Below, one piece after another: positions 50,246 through 59,415 of a stretch of DNA of 64,000 nt. A program made the translations under genes and the position numbers. The DNA lies in the NCBI GenBank assembly GCA_963666835.2, contig CAXXGO010000006.1, positions 1,312,001-1,376,000 on the forward strand. Direction: 5' to 3'. Source of the stretch: Phycisphaerae bacterium. Its GTDB lineage: Bacteria; Planctomycetota; Phycisphaerae; UBA1845. The stretch's first letter is position 1. Each line of letters begins with the position of its first letter. The notes under the pieces were generated by a model, which searched no databases, was not told the DNA's origin, and was given only the letters and a program-made list of their open reading frames with translations.

Positions 50246-50953
50246 ATGAAATGGGCTCTGCTATCGATCCTCGCCTTCTCAGCCGCGGTTGTCATCCATG
50301 CCCTGCGGCGGCGAGATAACGACGCGACCGGGACAGGGTCTCTAAGGGGGGTCGCGGGACGAGGCGCCGCAGTTGTTCTTCCCGAGCTCCCAGATGAAAA
50401 GCTCATCGAGCTGCAACAAGTCACGCGGTGGCTCTCGAACCAGCAAGGTCTGGATGTCAGGCCGTACTGCACTTTCGATTTTGGACGTGCAAGGGACGAG
50501 TCGGGCGTGTCCATCGTAGTTCCAGAGGAGTCGGCAGAGAAGACGCTGTACCAATTGCGCAATGCCATTGATTCGCCACTTCTGGCGTTCATCGGTACTC
50601 ATTCCTGGCTCGGAGATGAGCAGCATGAAGGCGTGGAACTCGTTGTCGGCGCCGGACAGGATCAGTTTGACATCCTCCGGATTGCTCGCTCCGATGCCGT
50701 GAACTACGGCATGGTAACGGATGATCTGATTCAGCGATTGGGGGAATACAACCGGCAATATGGGATAGACATCACGCGCGCCGCGACGGACGTGATATCG
50801 TTTCGACTCCTGCGCATGCCGGATAACATCTTGGACTTCGCAACGGAGTTGTACGAGTTCTGCCCCGACATCGTGGACCAAGGCACCGGCACGGTCGCCG
50901 CCCTGGCAGAGGATATAGAGAAAACAGAGTCGGTCTTTCTTTGGTGGGACTGA
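50246..50953 (+). CDS. DUF4253-domain protein
   Basis: DQFDILR..NYG, A.ELYEFCPDIVDQG and C-terminal LWWD. Confidence 0.85.
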   Translation: MKWALLSILAFSAAVVIHALRRRDNDATGTGSLRGVAGRGAAVVLPELPDEKLIELQQVTRWLSNQQGLDVRPYCTFDFGRARDESGVSIVVPEESAEKTLYQLRNAIDSPLLAFIGTHSWLGDEQHEGVELVVGAGQDQFDILRIARSDAVNYGMVTDDLIQRLGEYNRQYGIDITRAATDVISFRLLRMPDNILDFATELYEFCPDIVDQGTGTVAALAEDIEKTESVFLWWD

Positions 50954-50972
50954 CCAATCCGATGGACTTAGA

Positions 50973-51917
50973 ATGAGCCAACAGACGGATAATCCGAACC
51001 TGATCCTCGCCGTGGGAACTCGTGTCGTGACGAAGGTGGATACGACCCCGATTGGCGGAGGGCAGGTGTGCCCGGCCGGGATTGTCGGCGTCGTTGTGGT
51101 CGCGCCGGCGGACAACGACCATTCCTATCGCATCCGCTGTGCCAACGGCGTGGAAGTGAGCGTACGACGGGCGGAGATCGAGCTGCTGCGCGAGCATCAG
51201 ACCGGTGGTCTGTCACTGCGGGGCGGCGTGGATGAGTATGAGTTGCAGGACCACATCATCTACCGATGCGTGATCGGGTCTCGCGCTTACGGCCTCGAGA
51301 ACGATGCCAGCGACACCGATTATCGAGGGATCTACCTGGCTCCGGCCGAGCTGCATTGGTCCCTGTTCGGCGCACCGGAGCAGTTGGAGAACCAAGAGTC
51401 GCAGGAGTGCTTCTGGGAGCTGCAGAAGTTCATTGTCTTGGCAGTCAAGGCCAACCCCAACGTCTTGGAATGCCTCTACACCCCCTTGGTCGAGCACGCT
51501 GCTCCCTTGGCGACCGAGCTGCTTGCCATGCGCGAGCTGTTCCTGTCAAAGCTGGTCTATCAGACGTACAACGGCTACGTGCTTTCGCAATTTAAGAAGA
51601 TCAACCGGGACATTCGCAACAAAGGAACCGTTAAGTTGAAACACGCGATGCACCTGATCCGCTTGCTGCTGTCGGGGATTCAGGTGCTCCGGGAGGGATT
51701 CGTGCCGGTTCGGGTGGACACGCATCGAGACAGACTCCTGGCCATTCGAGACGGCGACATGGACTGGGAGCACGTGGAAGAGTGGCGGCTGAGGCTGCAC
51801 ATTGAATTCGACGAGGCATTTCGGCAGACGAAGCTGCCGGAACGCCCGGACTACGAACGAGCAAACGACTTTCTGATTAGGGCTCGCCGAACGGCTCTTA
51901 ACGAGAGCGAACGATGA
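50973..51917 (+). CDS. YcgL/RlaP-like nucleotidyltransferase with N-terminal SH3-like extension
   Basis: GSRAYGL...SDTDYRG, KANPNVLE, KHAMHLIRLL and LPERPD motifs. Confidence 0.88.
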   Translation: MSQQTDNPNLILAVGTRVVTKVDTTPIGGGQVCPAGIVGVVVVAPADNDHSYRIRCANGVEVSVRRAEIELLREHQTGGLSLRGGVDEYELQDHIIYRCVIGSRAYGLENDASDTDYRGIYLAPAELHWSLFGAPEQLENQESQECFWELQKFIVLAVKANPNVLECLYTPLVEHAAPLATELLAMRELFLSKLVYQTYNGYVLSQFKKINRDIRNKGTVKLKHAMHLIRLLLSGIQVLREGFVPVRVDTHRDRLLAIRDGDMDWEHVEEWRLRLHIEFDEAFRQTKLPERPDYERANDFLIRARRTALNESER

Positions 51918-52819
51918 AACCACTAGACTCTACGAATACTGATCCCCTGAGTCGCGCCCGGCTTTCGCTGGAAGGCCTTGCGCTCGGCGATGCTTTCGGC
52001 GAGTGCTTCTTTGATCCGTCACTGACCGAATCTCTCGCTAAGCGGGAGTTGCCCGAAGGACCTTGGTTCTACACCGACGACACGATGATGGCCTGGAGCA
52101 TTGTGGATGTGCTGGCCGAGCATGGGTGCATCGATCAGGACCGGCTTGCTCAGCTCTTTGCCGACAGGTTTCGAAAGCAGCCGAATCGTGGGTATGGTGC
52201 AGCAGCCATCGGGCTGTTGGAGCGCGTGGCCACCGGATTCGACTGGCGCAGTGAAGCTCCCCGCCTCTTCGGTGGCGATGGGTCGATGGGGAATGGCGGG
52301 GCCATGCGGGCGGCGCCCGTCGGTGCCTACTTTGCCGATGACCTCGACCGTGTTGTCTTCGAGGCGAAGGCTTCCGCTGCGGTCACGCATGCCCATCCGG
52401 AGGGTCGGGCCGGTGCGATTGCAGTCGCTGTGGCGGCGGCCATGGCCTGGCGCACGCGCGACGACTCAAACGAGGCGAGCAGCAACATCCTCAGGAAGGC
52501 TTACGACTCGACCCCCGATGGTCCGACTCGTGACGGCATCGGGCGGGCTATGGAAGTTGGTCAGGCAGCCAGAGCGCCAGACGTTGCCGTCGCACTGGGG
52601 AGTGGACAGAAACTCCTCGCATCCGACACGGTCCCTTACGCGATCTGGTGCGCGTGCCGTTATCTCGCCGACTTTAAGGAGGCATTGTGGAACACTGCCG
52701 CAGGCTTGGGCGACATTGACACTACTTGCGCGATGGTCGGTGGAATCGTGGCCCTGGCTGTCGGACAGGCTGGACTGCCAAGGGTGTGGCTGCGCCGCCG
52801 CGAGCCGCTGGAGGAATGA
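51914..52819 (+). CDS. ADP-ribosylglycohydrolase (DraG/ARH family)
   Basis: GDAFG, YTDDT, GYG, GNGGAMR, VTHAH and GDIDTTCAMVG motifs. Confidence 0.93.
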   Translation: MKPLDSTNTDPLSRARLSLEGLALGDAFGECFFDPSLTESLAKRELPEGPWFYTDDTMMAWSIVDVLAEHGCIDQDRLAQLFADRFRKQPNRGYGAAAIGLLERVATGFDWRSEAPRLFGGDGSMGNGGAMRAAPVGAYFADDLDRVVFEAKASAAVTHAHPEGRAGAIAVAVAAAMAWRTRDDSNEASSNILRKAYDSTPDGPTRDGIGRAMEVGQAARAPDVAVALGSGQKLLASDTVPYAIWCACRYLADFKEALWNTAAGLGDIDTTCAMVGGIVALAVGQAGLPRVWLRRREPLEE

Positions 52820-52825
52820 GACCAC

Positions 52826-53593
52826 ATGCCTATACCGCATGCCGCAAAGCTCCGAGCCATAGTCACCGAACAGCCTTACCCGCTGCTGTTTGTGACGGTC
52901 AGCGGTGCGCACCTGTATGGGTTTGCGTCGGAGGATTCCGACTATGACCTCCGTGGGACGCATGTTCTGCCGGTGCACGAGGTCGTCGGCCTCGCAGAGC
53001 CGCGAGAAACCGTGGAATACTACGGAGACCGGGACGGACTGGAACTCGACTTGGTCACGCATGACATCAAGAAGTTCCTTCTGTTGATGCTCAAGCACAA
53101 CGGTTACGTTCTCGAACAGCTCTACTCTCCGCTCGTCCTGCACACGACTCCTGAGCATGACGAGTTGAAGCGAATCGCAAAGGAATGCATTACGCGCCAT
53201 CACGCCCATCACTACCTCGGCTTTGCAGGGAGACAATGGGTCCTGTTCGAGAAAGAGGAGCCCAGGCGGGTCAAACCGTTGCTCTACGTGTATAGGGTGC
53301 TTCTGACCGGGATTCACTTGATGCGTACCGGTCGCATCGAGGCAAATCTGGTGACCTTGAACGATGAATTCCGGTTACCGTATATCGACGAACTGGTCTC
53401 GGCAAAGCTCGAGGGCAAAGAGCGATGTACCCTCGAGGATGCGGACTTGGCTCTGCACCAACGCGAGTACGAGCGGTTGCTGGACGAGTTGATGCAGGCT
53501 CACGAAGATAGCTCACTGGCCGAAACGACCATCGGACGGGGCGCCCTCGACGACCTGCTGAAACGACTCAGGCTGGCATCTTATGAAGGTTGA
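52826..53593 (+). CDS. YcgL/RlaP-like nucleotidyltransferase
   Basis: SGAHLYGFASEDSDYDLRG, NGYVLEQL and KPLLYVYRVLLTGIHLM motifs. Confidence 0.9.
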   Translation: MPIPHAAKLRAIVTEQPYPLLFVTVSGAHLYGFASEDSDYDLRGTHVLPVHEVVGLAEPRETVEYYGDRDGLELDLVTHDIKKFLLLMLKHNGYVLEQLYSPLVLHTTPEHDELKRIAKECITRHHAHHYLGFAGRQWVLFEKEEPRRVKPLLYVYRVLLTGIHLMRTGRIEANLVTLNDEFRLPYIDELVSAKLEGKERCTLEDADLALHQREYERLLDELMQAHEDSSLAETTIGRGALDDLLKRLRLASYEG

Positions 53594-53861
53594 AGTTCAT
53601 TGCGTTGGCACAGAACCGGTTTAGCATAGTTGCCCCGCACAACAAGACCACACTGACCGGGTACTCAACCCGCGACAGTCGTGCGACGAACCGGCTTTTT
53701 CCACTTCAACGACGTTTGAGTATCGGACCTGAATAGCCCGCATCCCGGGGCGGTCGTTTGCCCCGAGTATGGGTGAATCCTAGAGTTTAATAGGGCGATC
53801 CATGTGTCTGGTGCCGGTGTAAACGCGGGAATCCGTGGATTCCGCGCGCAACCATGGAGCT

Positions 53862-54416
53862 ATGCCGATGATGCAGATCAACAACGATCATCCGCTCAGG
53901 CGTCACTTCGCCGGACTCATCGAGAACGCGTTCTACGCCGAGATCGGACTCTGCGATCCGGCGCTGACCGGGTACCTGGCCGACCTGCTGGTGAGCTTCA
54001 CTCGGGCGGATCGACTCAATGCCGTGCTGAATGCTCGCGGCAAGCAGATTGAGCAAGTGGCCGCTCTGCTGCTGGTCCTGTCAGACGACGCTCCGCCCAG
54101 CGGGCCGGACCGCGATCGAACTCTCTATCGGAACATCGGGGACTACGCCCTGTTTTGGGCGGGAGTCTATCCGGAGCAGCTCCGCCAAGCGCGGCGCCGG
54201 GCCTCCGACATCCTGCTGGACTACGTCGTCCAGGGGAAGCGTTCTTACGCCATCGCATCCGAGCTGACGGCCGAGAACGACGCCCCCCCGGCCTCGCTGT
54301 TTCGGCACCTCAGCGATGATTTCGAATCGTGCCTCCACGGGCTAGGCCTGGTGAGGCGAGAACTGGAAGATCCCGGCTCGAACCGCTTGGATTCCGGCGG
54401 CGATCTGATCTTCTGA
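53862..54416 (+). CDS. hypothetical protein
   Basis: YLADLLVSF, RNIGDYALFWAGVYPE and GKRSYAIAS look like a conserved helical family. Start uncertain. Confidence 0.75.
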   Translation: MPMMQINNDHPLRRHFAGLIENAFYAEIGLCDPALTGYLADLLVSFTRADRLNAVLNARGKQIEQVAALLLVLSDDAPPSGPDRDRTLYRNIGDYALFWAGVYPEQLRQARRRASDILLDYVVQGKRSYAIASELTAENDAPPASLFRHLSDDFESCLHGLGLVRRELEDPGSNRLDSGGDLIF

Positions 54417-54754
54417 CGGAATCGGCGGTTTGATCCTCTGGGGACCGCCGCCGGGTCCTGTCTGGAACTTGTCTGGGCTTACTCCGGGCTATCTCTGGGC
54501 TTTCTCCGGGGCCGTGCTCCGCGAGGTTCTTCAGGCCGACAATCAGCGTAACGTTCAAGTTCTTCAGGCGATAATCAGCGTGGCGTTCGAGCCGGGGCTC
54601 CAGCCCGCGCTGCAGCCCGGGCCGTCCATCCAAGGCGTGCAGTCAGGACTTATTACGGGCGATTCCGGGTGAGTTTGAAAACAAGTCTTGACCTGTGCGT
54701 CCCGATCGATAGAGTGCCCTCTTGCCCTGCTCGGATAGAGGGCAAAACAGCTAT

Positions 54755-54827
54755 TCCCCGATAGCTCAATTGGTAGAGCGAGCGGCTGTTAACCGCTAGG
54801 TTATAGGTTCGAGTCCTATTCGGGGAG
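54755..54827 (+). tRNA. tRNA-Asn(GTT)
   Basis: TCCCCGA/TCGGGGA acceptor, AGCGG-CTGTTAA-CCGCT anticodon arm, TTCGAGT T-loop. Confidence 0.97.
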
Positions 54828-54870
54828 CTTAAATTTTAACGGGGTATTTCCCCGACCTAACAGTTAACGG

Positions 54871-54904
54871 AAAGCCCCGGAGCGAAAGCCACCGGGGCTT
54901 TTTC
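54871..54904 (+). terminator. intrinsic terminator after tRNA-Asn
   Basis: AAAGCCCCGG...CCGGGGCTTTTT hairpin with T-tract. Confidence 0.8.
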
Positions 54905-55134
54905 GTAACCTATTGGAACCAAAGGGTTATGGCCAGTTTCGAACGACAACCCGATTCTCTGTTTCGCAAGAGACCAACTGGGGTCCAAGAGCAACCATCA
55001 TGGTTGCTTTCGACAGTGCGAAAATCTGGCCGCGAACTCTCGGACTCTCTCGTGAACAGATCGAACCGGGTTAACAGCCGGGTTGCTTTCGGACCCCGCA
55101 GCGTTTTCGAACTCTTTGGCGAACGAGGCCCGGC

Positions 55135-55674
55135 ATGACTCCATCCCAGCCCAACGAAGCGCCTCGCGCCCTGATTCTGGCCGGCCCCAACGGCTCGGGC
55201 AAGACCACCTTCGCCACGGAATTTCTCACGGCCGAAGGTCACTGCCCGACATTCCTCAACGCGGACCTGATCGCCGCTGGTTTGTCCCCATTTGCCCCGG
55301 AAAAGGCCAACATCACCGCCATGCGACTGATGGCCGAACGTATTCGTGAGTGTGTCGATCAGCGGCTGGATTTCTCCGTCGAATCGACGCTGGCCGGTCG
55401 AACCTACGCCAATCTGATCCGTGAATGGAAACAGGTCGGCTACGTCGTGAAGATCGTTTTCCTACGACTGGATTCTCCGGAGATGGCCGTTGCGCGTGTT
55501 CAGCATCGGGTTCGCATGGGCGGGCACAACATTCCTGAACCGGTCATCCGACGGCGATTTGAACAGGGCTGGTCGAACTTTCAGAACACCTACAAGGCAC
55601 TGGTGGATAGCTGGCAGGTCTACGATGCAACCAAGACCCCGCCGGTGCTCATCGACGAAGGAGGCCAGGCATGA
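55135..55674 (+). CDS. zeta-toxin-like P-loop ATPase/kinase
   Basis: AGPNGSGKTT, FLNADLIA, ESTLAG and RVRMGGHNIPE..IRRRF motifs. Confidence 0.88.
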   Translation: MTPSQPNEAPRALILAGPNGSGKTTFATEFLTAEGHCPTFLNADLIAAGLSPFAPEKANITAMRLMAERIRECVDQRLDFSVESTLAGRTYANLIREWKQVGYVVKIVFLRLDSPEMAVARVQHRVRMGGHNIPEPVIRRRFEQGWSNFQNTYKALVDSWQVYDATKTPPVLIDEGGQA

Positions 55675-55868
55675 TGAATTGGTCAGACAAGAATAAAGAC
55701 ATGGCTGGTACGCAGGCGGCAATGCTTCGCGCCACGCGCAAGGCGATCAGCGAAGCCAAGCTGCGCGGCGAACTCGTTCCCCAATGGCGCGATGGCAAAG
55801 TCGTCTGGGTGCGCCCGGAAGAGGTCGAATTGCCCCCGGCACAAGAGGGCCAGTCACCGGAGAGATAG
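55671..55868 (+). CDS. small partner protein of the zeta-like ATPase
   Basis: ATGA overlap with the ATPase, 65 aa with WRDGKVVWV. Confidence 0.75.
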   Translation: MMNWSDKNKDMAGTQAAMLRATRKAISEAKLRGELVPQWRDGKVVWVRPEEVELPPAQEGQSPER

Positions 55869-55877
55869 GATGCAGCC

Positions 55878-56828
55878 ATGACAGTCGATTTGCAGCCGTG
55901 GGCGAAGTCTTTGAAGGCGTTCTCTGACTGGATCAATGTTAAGAACCAGACTGCTGGCAAGGCTTGGTTGCGAAGACTCAAATCAAACCAGTCCGAGCAA
56001 GTTGAGAGTGCTATTGCTGAAGCTGTCGTCTGGGATTTCATTGGATGTCGCTGTGATTCGACTTGCTTGAATGATGCACCAGGCACGGGCGGGATCGATT
56101 TCGAATTCATCGTTAATGGTCACAGTTTCCTCGTTGAAGTGACCAATATTTCAACCGAGGCCGCGTCAGCCGCGAGCGCTATGCCGGACAAAGACCGTTT
56201 TTCCGGATTCTACCGTTTGCTCACGAGAAATATTCGGCAGAAGATTAGAGGCAAGCTGAAGCAGGCGCGATGCCAATCGGATCATCCCCTACTTGTAGCG
56301 GTAACAACACTGCACTGGAATGCTAGTCGCGCGTGCATCAGCCGGACAGCAGTTGAGTTTGCGATGGGGTCGCCACCGAAAATAACGCGCAAGTTCAACC
56401 CGAATACGGGTGCAGTCGAAGGGAACCTCTACCAGTCCACGGACCTGAGCCAGTCGGTGTTTCTCTCGCCGCGGCCAGTGAACGGGCCGAACGGTTTGTC
56501 GATCGCGCAAGCGAAATACCAACCGATTTCTGGATTTCTCGTTGGCGGCTTTGGTCTCGACCCCAAGAATGTTTGTGTCTTGGGCGCGCTCAATCCTGAA
56601 GCATCCCAACCGTTTGATTCTGTCATGCTTCCGGATATCCCGTTCTGCTCATTTCGAGAGTGGCCGGTGACAACGGAGATGGGTTTTAGTTGGACCATAA
56701 CAGAGGCCGAGGAGCGAGATCGCCAACAGCAGGCTGCTGAACAGCGTCTTCGCGCTTCAGGATACGGCGAATTTCTGGACGCCATACGCAAGGAGATTGA
56801 GCGTCAATCCGGGAGATGCGGAGACTGA
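55878..56828 (+). CDS. hypothetical protein, possible PD-(D/E)xK nuclease fold
   Basis: E....IDFEF......VEVT motif. Visibly more AT-rich than its flanks. Confidence 0.6.
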   Translation: MTVDLQPWAKSLKAFSDWINVKNQTAGKAWLRRLKSNQSEQVESAIAEAVVWDFIGCRCDSTCLNDAPGTGGIDFEFIVNGHSFLVEVTNISTEAASAASAMPDKDRFSGFYRLLTRNIRQKIRGKLKQARCQSDHPLLVAVTTLHWNASRACISRTAVEFAMGSPPKITRKFNPNTGAVEGNLYQSTDLSQSVFLSPRPVNGPNGLSIAQAKYQPISGFLVGGFGLDPKNVCVLGALNPEASQPFDSVMLPDIPFCSFREWPVTTEMGFSWTITEAEERDRQQQAAEQRLRASGYGEFLDAIRKEIERQSGRCGD

Positions 56829-56835
56829 CCGCTCC

Positions 56836-57125
56836 ATGGCCACTCAATCTTCAATCCGCTACGCCATCTATACTCGCCAATCGAAACAAGGGCTTGCCGA
56901 CTTTTCCTCCTGCCAAGCCCAGTTCCACACCTGTCAGGAATACGCCAAGCAATCCGGGGACCCCTCACTCTACTGGACCGGACAGCACTTCGAAGATGAA
57001 GGCTACTCGGGTTCGACGCTTGATCGACCGGGAATGCGCAGGCTCCGCAAGGTGATCGACCTCGGCGCACTCGACCGAGTCTATGCCGTCGCTTTCGACC
57101 GCATCACACGCAACATGCATAATGC
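56836..57125 (+). pseudogene. truncated serine recombinase (catalytic domain N-terminal part only)
   Basis: YAIYTRQS, FEDEGYSGSTLDRPGM and FDRITRN, then breaks into GAAAACCGGG repeats. Confidence 0.85.
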
Positions 57126-57129
57126 GGAT

Positions 57130-57385
57130 GAAAACCGGGGAAAACCGGGCGAAAACCGGGGGCGAAAACCGGGGACGGCGAAAACCGGGGACAGTCACCT
57201 ATTTACCGGGTCCTTTCGGCATGACCGTCGTATCTTCTCCGCTGGCGCGCGGCGTCCTAAGGCGGCCCACGGGTAGGGGGCGGAGCCGACGGTTCAGCTT
57301 ATGTTCAAGCTTACTCAAGAACGAGTCGGTGGCCAGCGGTCGTCCACGGTAGGTGCATGTGCGCAGCTTGGCGGAGTCGTTCGGG
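57130..57385 (-). pseudogene. 3' remnant of a REP-associated (IS200/IS605-like) tyrosine transposase with terminal repeats
   Basis: LRTCTYRGRPLATDSFLSKLEHKLNRRLRPLPVGR, next to 4 x GAAAACCGGG and GGGGACAGTCACCTATTT. Confidence 0.6.
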
Positions 57386-57387
57386 GA

Positions 57388-57515
57388 AGGCACAAGCGCC
57401 CGTGGTTCGGTTCGAAGGCATGCCGGGCGAGTTCAGCCAGCACGACTTCGGTAGCGTGAGTGTTGTATACGGCGACGGCACGAGCGAGAAGGTGCACTTC
57501 TTCGCCTCGCGCCTA
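57388..57515 (+). pseudogene. internal fragment of an IS21-family IstA transposase
   Basis: APVVRFEGMPGEFSQHDFG...VHFFASRLK. Confidence 0.75.
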
Positions 57516-57794
57516 AAAGCCGGCGGCCCCTTCTTGGCGATACTTCGCGACGCTGCGGAGAACGCTATTCTTGGAGACTCCGAAAGTCCGGACAATCTGG
57601 GCCTGGGTGCACGCGCCTTGACAACAAAGTTGTGCGGTGAACATGCGAAAGGACTGACGATCGCCCGGCGGATGCTGGAAGACGGGCTGGACGCCACAGA
57701 AGTAGGTCCACTGCTGGTCTTCACGGACCACGCTGATCAGGTCGTTGATCTGGGTGGCCCCATGCGGGATCATCGGTAATAATGCTTGTGGCAT
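57513..57794 (-). pseudogene. N-terminal HTH fragment of a putative transposase
   Basis: MPQALLPMIP...QAQIVRTFGVSKNSVLRSVAKYRQEGAAGF, ending at the IstA fragment junction. Confidence 0.6.
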
Positions 57795-58333
57795 CGTGGT
57801 ACCTTCTTCCTGAGAACCGCCAAAGAACTCCGGTTGAAGGTACCACCTTATTTTCCTCCTCGCTCGCACCGGCGAGCTACGCCAATTCTCTCTAAACCAC
57901 GGCTATCAAAGCGAATTCTTCCCGCGAGCCGGCAATCAGCGAAGACCCGAGATCAGGTGGTCTGATGTTGAAGTCAGGAAGACGCTGCTGCCGAAGCGAA
58001 CCACGCCCGAGTGAACCTCCCGGTTGTGATGTCGCCGTTGCTATGTGCAACGATCGTCTACGCCGGGTGTCGCATTATGCAAGCCTTTTGGTCGGGGCCA
58101 GCCGTTCCGGGGAGCTCTGTAAAACATGGAAAATCAATAGTTTAAGCCATATTCGGTCGTTGCGGCGATCCGGTGGCGCGTGCTTTGCTCGTATTGTCGT
58201 AGGCGAGGGCGAATGTCTAAGCCTGGGACGCGAGGGTGTTGCCGGTGCTTGACGTGTGGCGGGGCACTCCTTTTCGTAGTGAGCGTCGAGATGAACGCAG
58301 GAGGTTGCGTGACGCGAAGCGAGGAAGAGAGAT

Positions 58334-58516
58334 ATGTCTATCTTGAAAAGGCTATTCGGCCGCCGGCCGCCGGAAGAGGCCGCCCACCTCGGCCGCAACG
58401 ACCCCTGCTGGTGCGGCAGCGGTAAGAAGTACAAGAACTGTCATTACGAGACGGACAGGAAGTACTTCGCTCGTTCTCTGAAGACCACCTGCAACGGCCC
58501 GGCGTGAAGTCGCTAA
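58334..58516 (+). CDS. small SEC-C motif protein, candidate selenoprotein (ends at 58507 if UGA is a stop)
   Basis: Not in the ORF track. [17 protein letters not shown]...[19 protein letters not shown]...TTCNGPA-TGA-SR-TAA. Confidence 0.8.
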
Positions 58517-58540
58517 ACGAGGTGAGTGTCACCTCTGCGA
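58510..58540 (+). promoter_or_regulatory. candidate bacterial SECIS element
   Basis: GAGGTGA-GTG-TCACCTC hairpin starts 11 nt after TGA 58505-58507, with lower stem TCGC/GCGA. Confidence 0.55.
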
Positions 58541-58624
58541 AATCGCTGGCCAGGAACGGATGCGGGCATACCGCAACGGCGTGCCCACCGCGATCTTACC
58601 CGTTGTGCGAAAGGAAGGACGTTC

Positions 58625-59296
58625 ATGCGAATAGCAATCACGGCAACTGAGCCGACATTGGATGCCGCCGTTGATCCGCGCTTTGGCCGCTGCCCATATT
58701 TCCTGATCGTTGATGTGGACGATCTGACTTTTGATGCGGTGGAGAATCCCAGTATAACACTCGGTCAAGGCGCTGGTATCCAATCGGCCCAACTTATGGC
58801 CGAGAAGGGCGTTACATCCGTTTTGACCGGCAATTGCGGGCCCAACGCGCATCAGACTCTCTCGGCAGTTGGTATTGAGGTGATCGTCGGGTGTAGCGGC
58901 GTCGTAAGAGACGTGATCGAGCGGTTCAAGACCGGGCAGTTCAGCGCCGCCAGTCAGCCGAACGTTGCCGGCCATTCGGGCATGGGCGGTATGGCTCAAG
59001 GCCAACCTGGCCCGACCCAACAGCCTCCGATGCCGGGAGGCGGCGGCGGTGGCCGCGGGATGGGGAGAGGTCGCGGCATGGGCATGGGTATGGGCATGGG
59101 CCGCGGTGGCGGTCGTGGAATGGGCATGGGTAGGGGCGGTGGTCCGCCGGGGCCCGATCCGGCTACCATGCGGCCGCCGGGGCAGAGCGTCGGCAAGGAG
59201 AGCGAGCTGGCCATGCTCAAGCGGCAGGCGGAGGCCATGGCCGAGCAAATGTCCGAGTTACAGCAGCGGATTCAGCAACTGGAGCAGGAGGGATAA
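58625..59296 (+). CDS. NifB/NifX-family (FeMo-co-binding fold) protein with Gly/Met/Arg-rich linker and coiled-coil tail
   Basis: MRIAI, VDPRFGRCPYF, GAGIQSAQ, TGNCGPNA motifs, then GRGMGMG repeats. Confidence 0.9.
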   Translation: MRIAITATEPTLDAAVDPRFGRCPYFLIVDVDDLTFDAVENPSITLGQGAGIQSAQLMAEKGVTSVLTGNCGPNAHQTLSAVGIEVIVGCSGVVRDVIERFKTGQFSAASQPNVAGHSGMGGMAQGQPGPTQQPPMPGGGGGGRGMGRGRGMGMGMGMGRGGGRGMGMGRGGGPPGPDPATMRPPGQSVGKESELAMLKRQAEAMAEQMSELQQRIQQLEQEG

Positions 59297-59415
59297 CTGA
59301 ATCGCAGCGACGGTAGACGTGAAGATACGCACGCCCTGCGGGGAGCGGCGAGATTTGTTAGTGCCGCGCATTAGTCACATACCCGACGGGTTGATAATGG
59401 TGTGGAGAAACGTGG

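Noticed and set aside
54526..54590. Imperfect 33-bp tandem duplication upstream of tRNA-Asn
   Set aside because: Only two copies with no spacer and no supportable function.
58625..59296. Nitrogen fixation gene
   Set aside because: NifB/NifX-fold proteins are common outside diazotrophs, and no nif structural genes are in the window.
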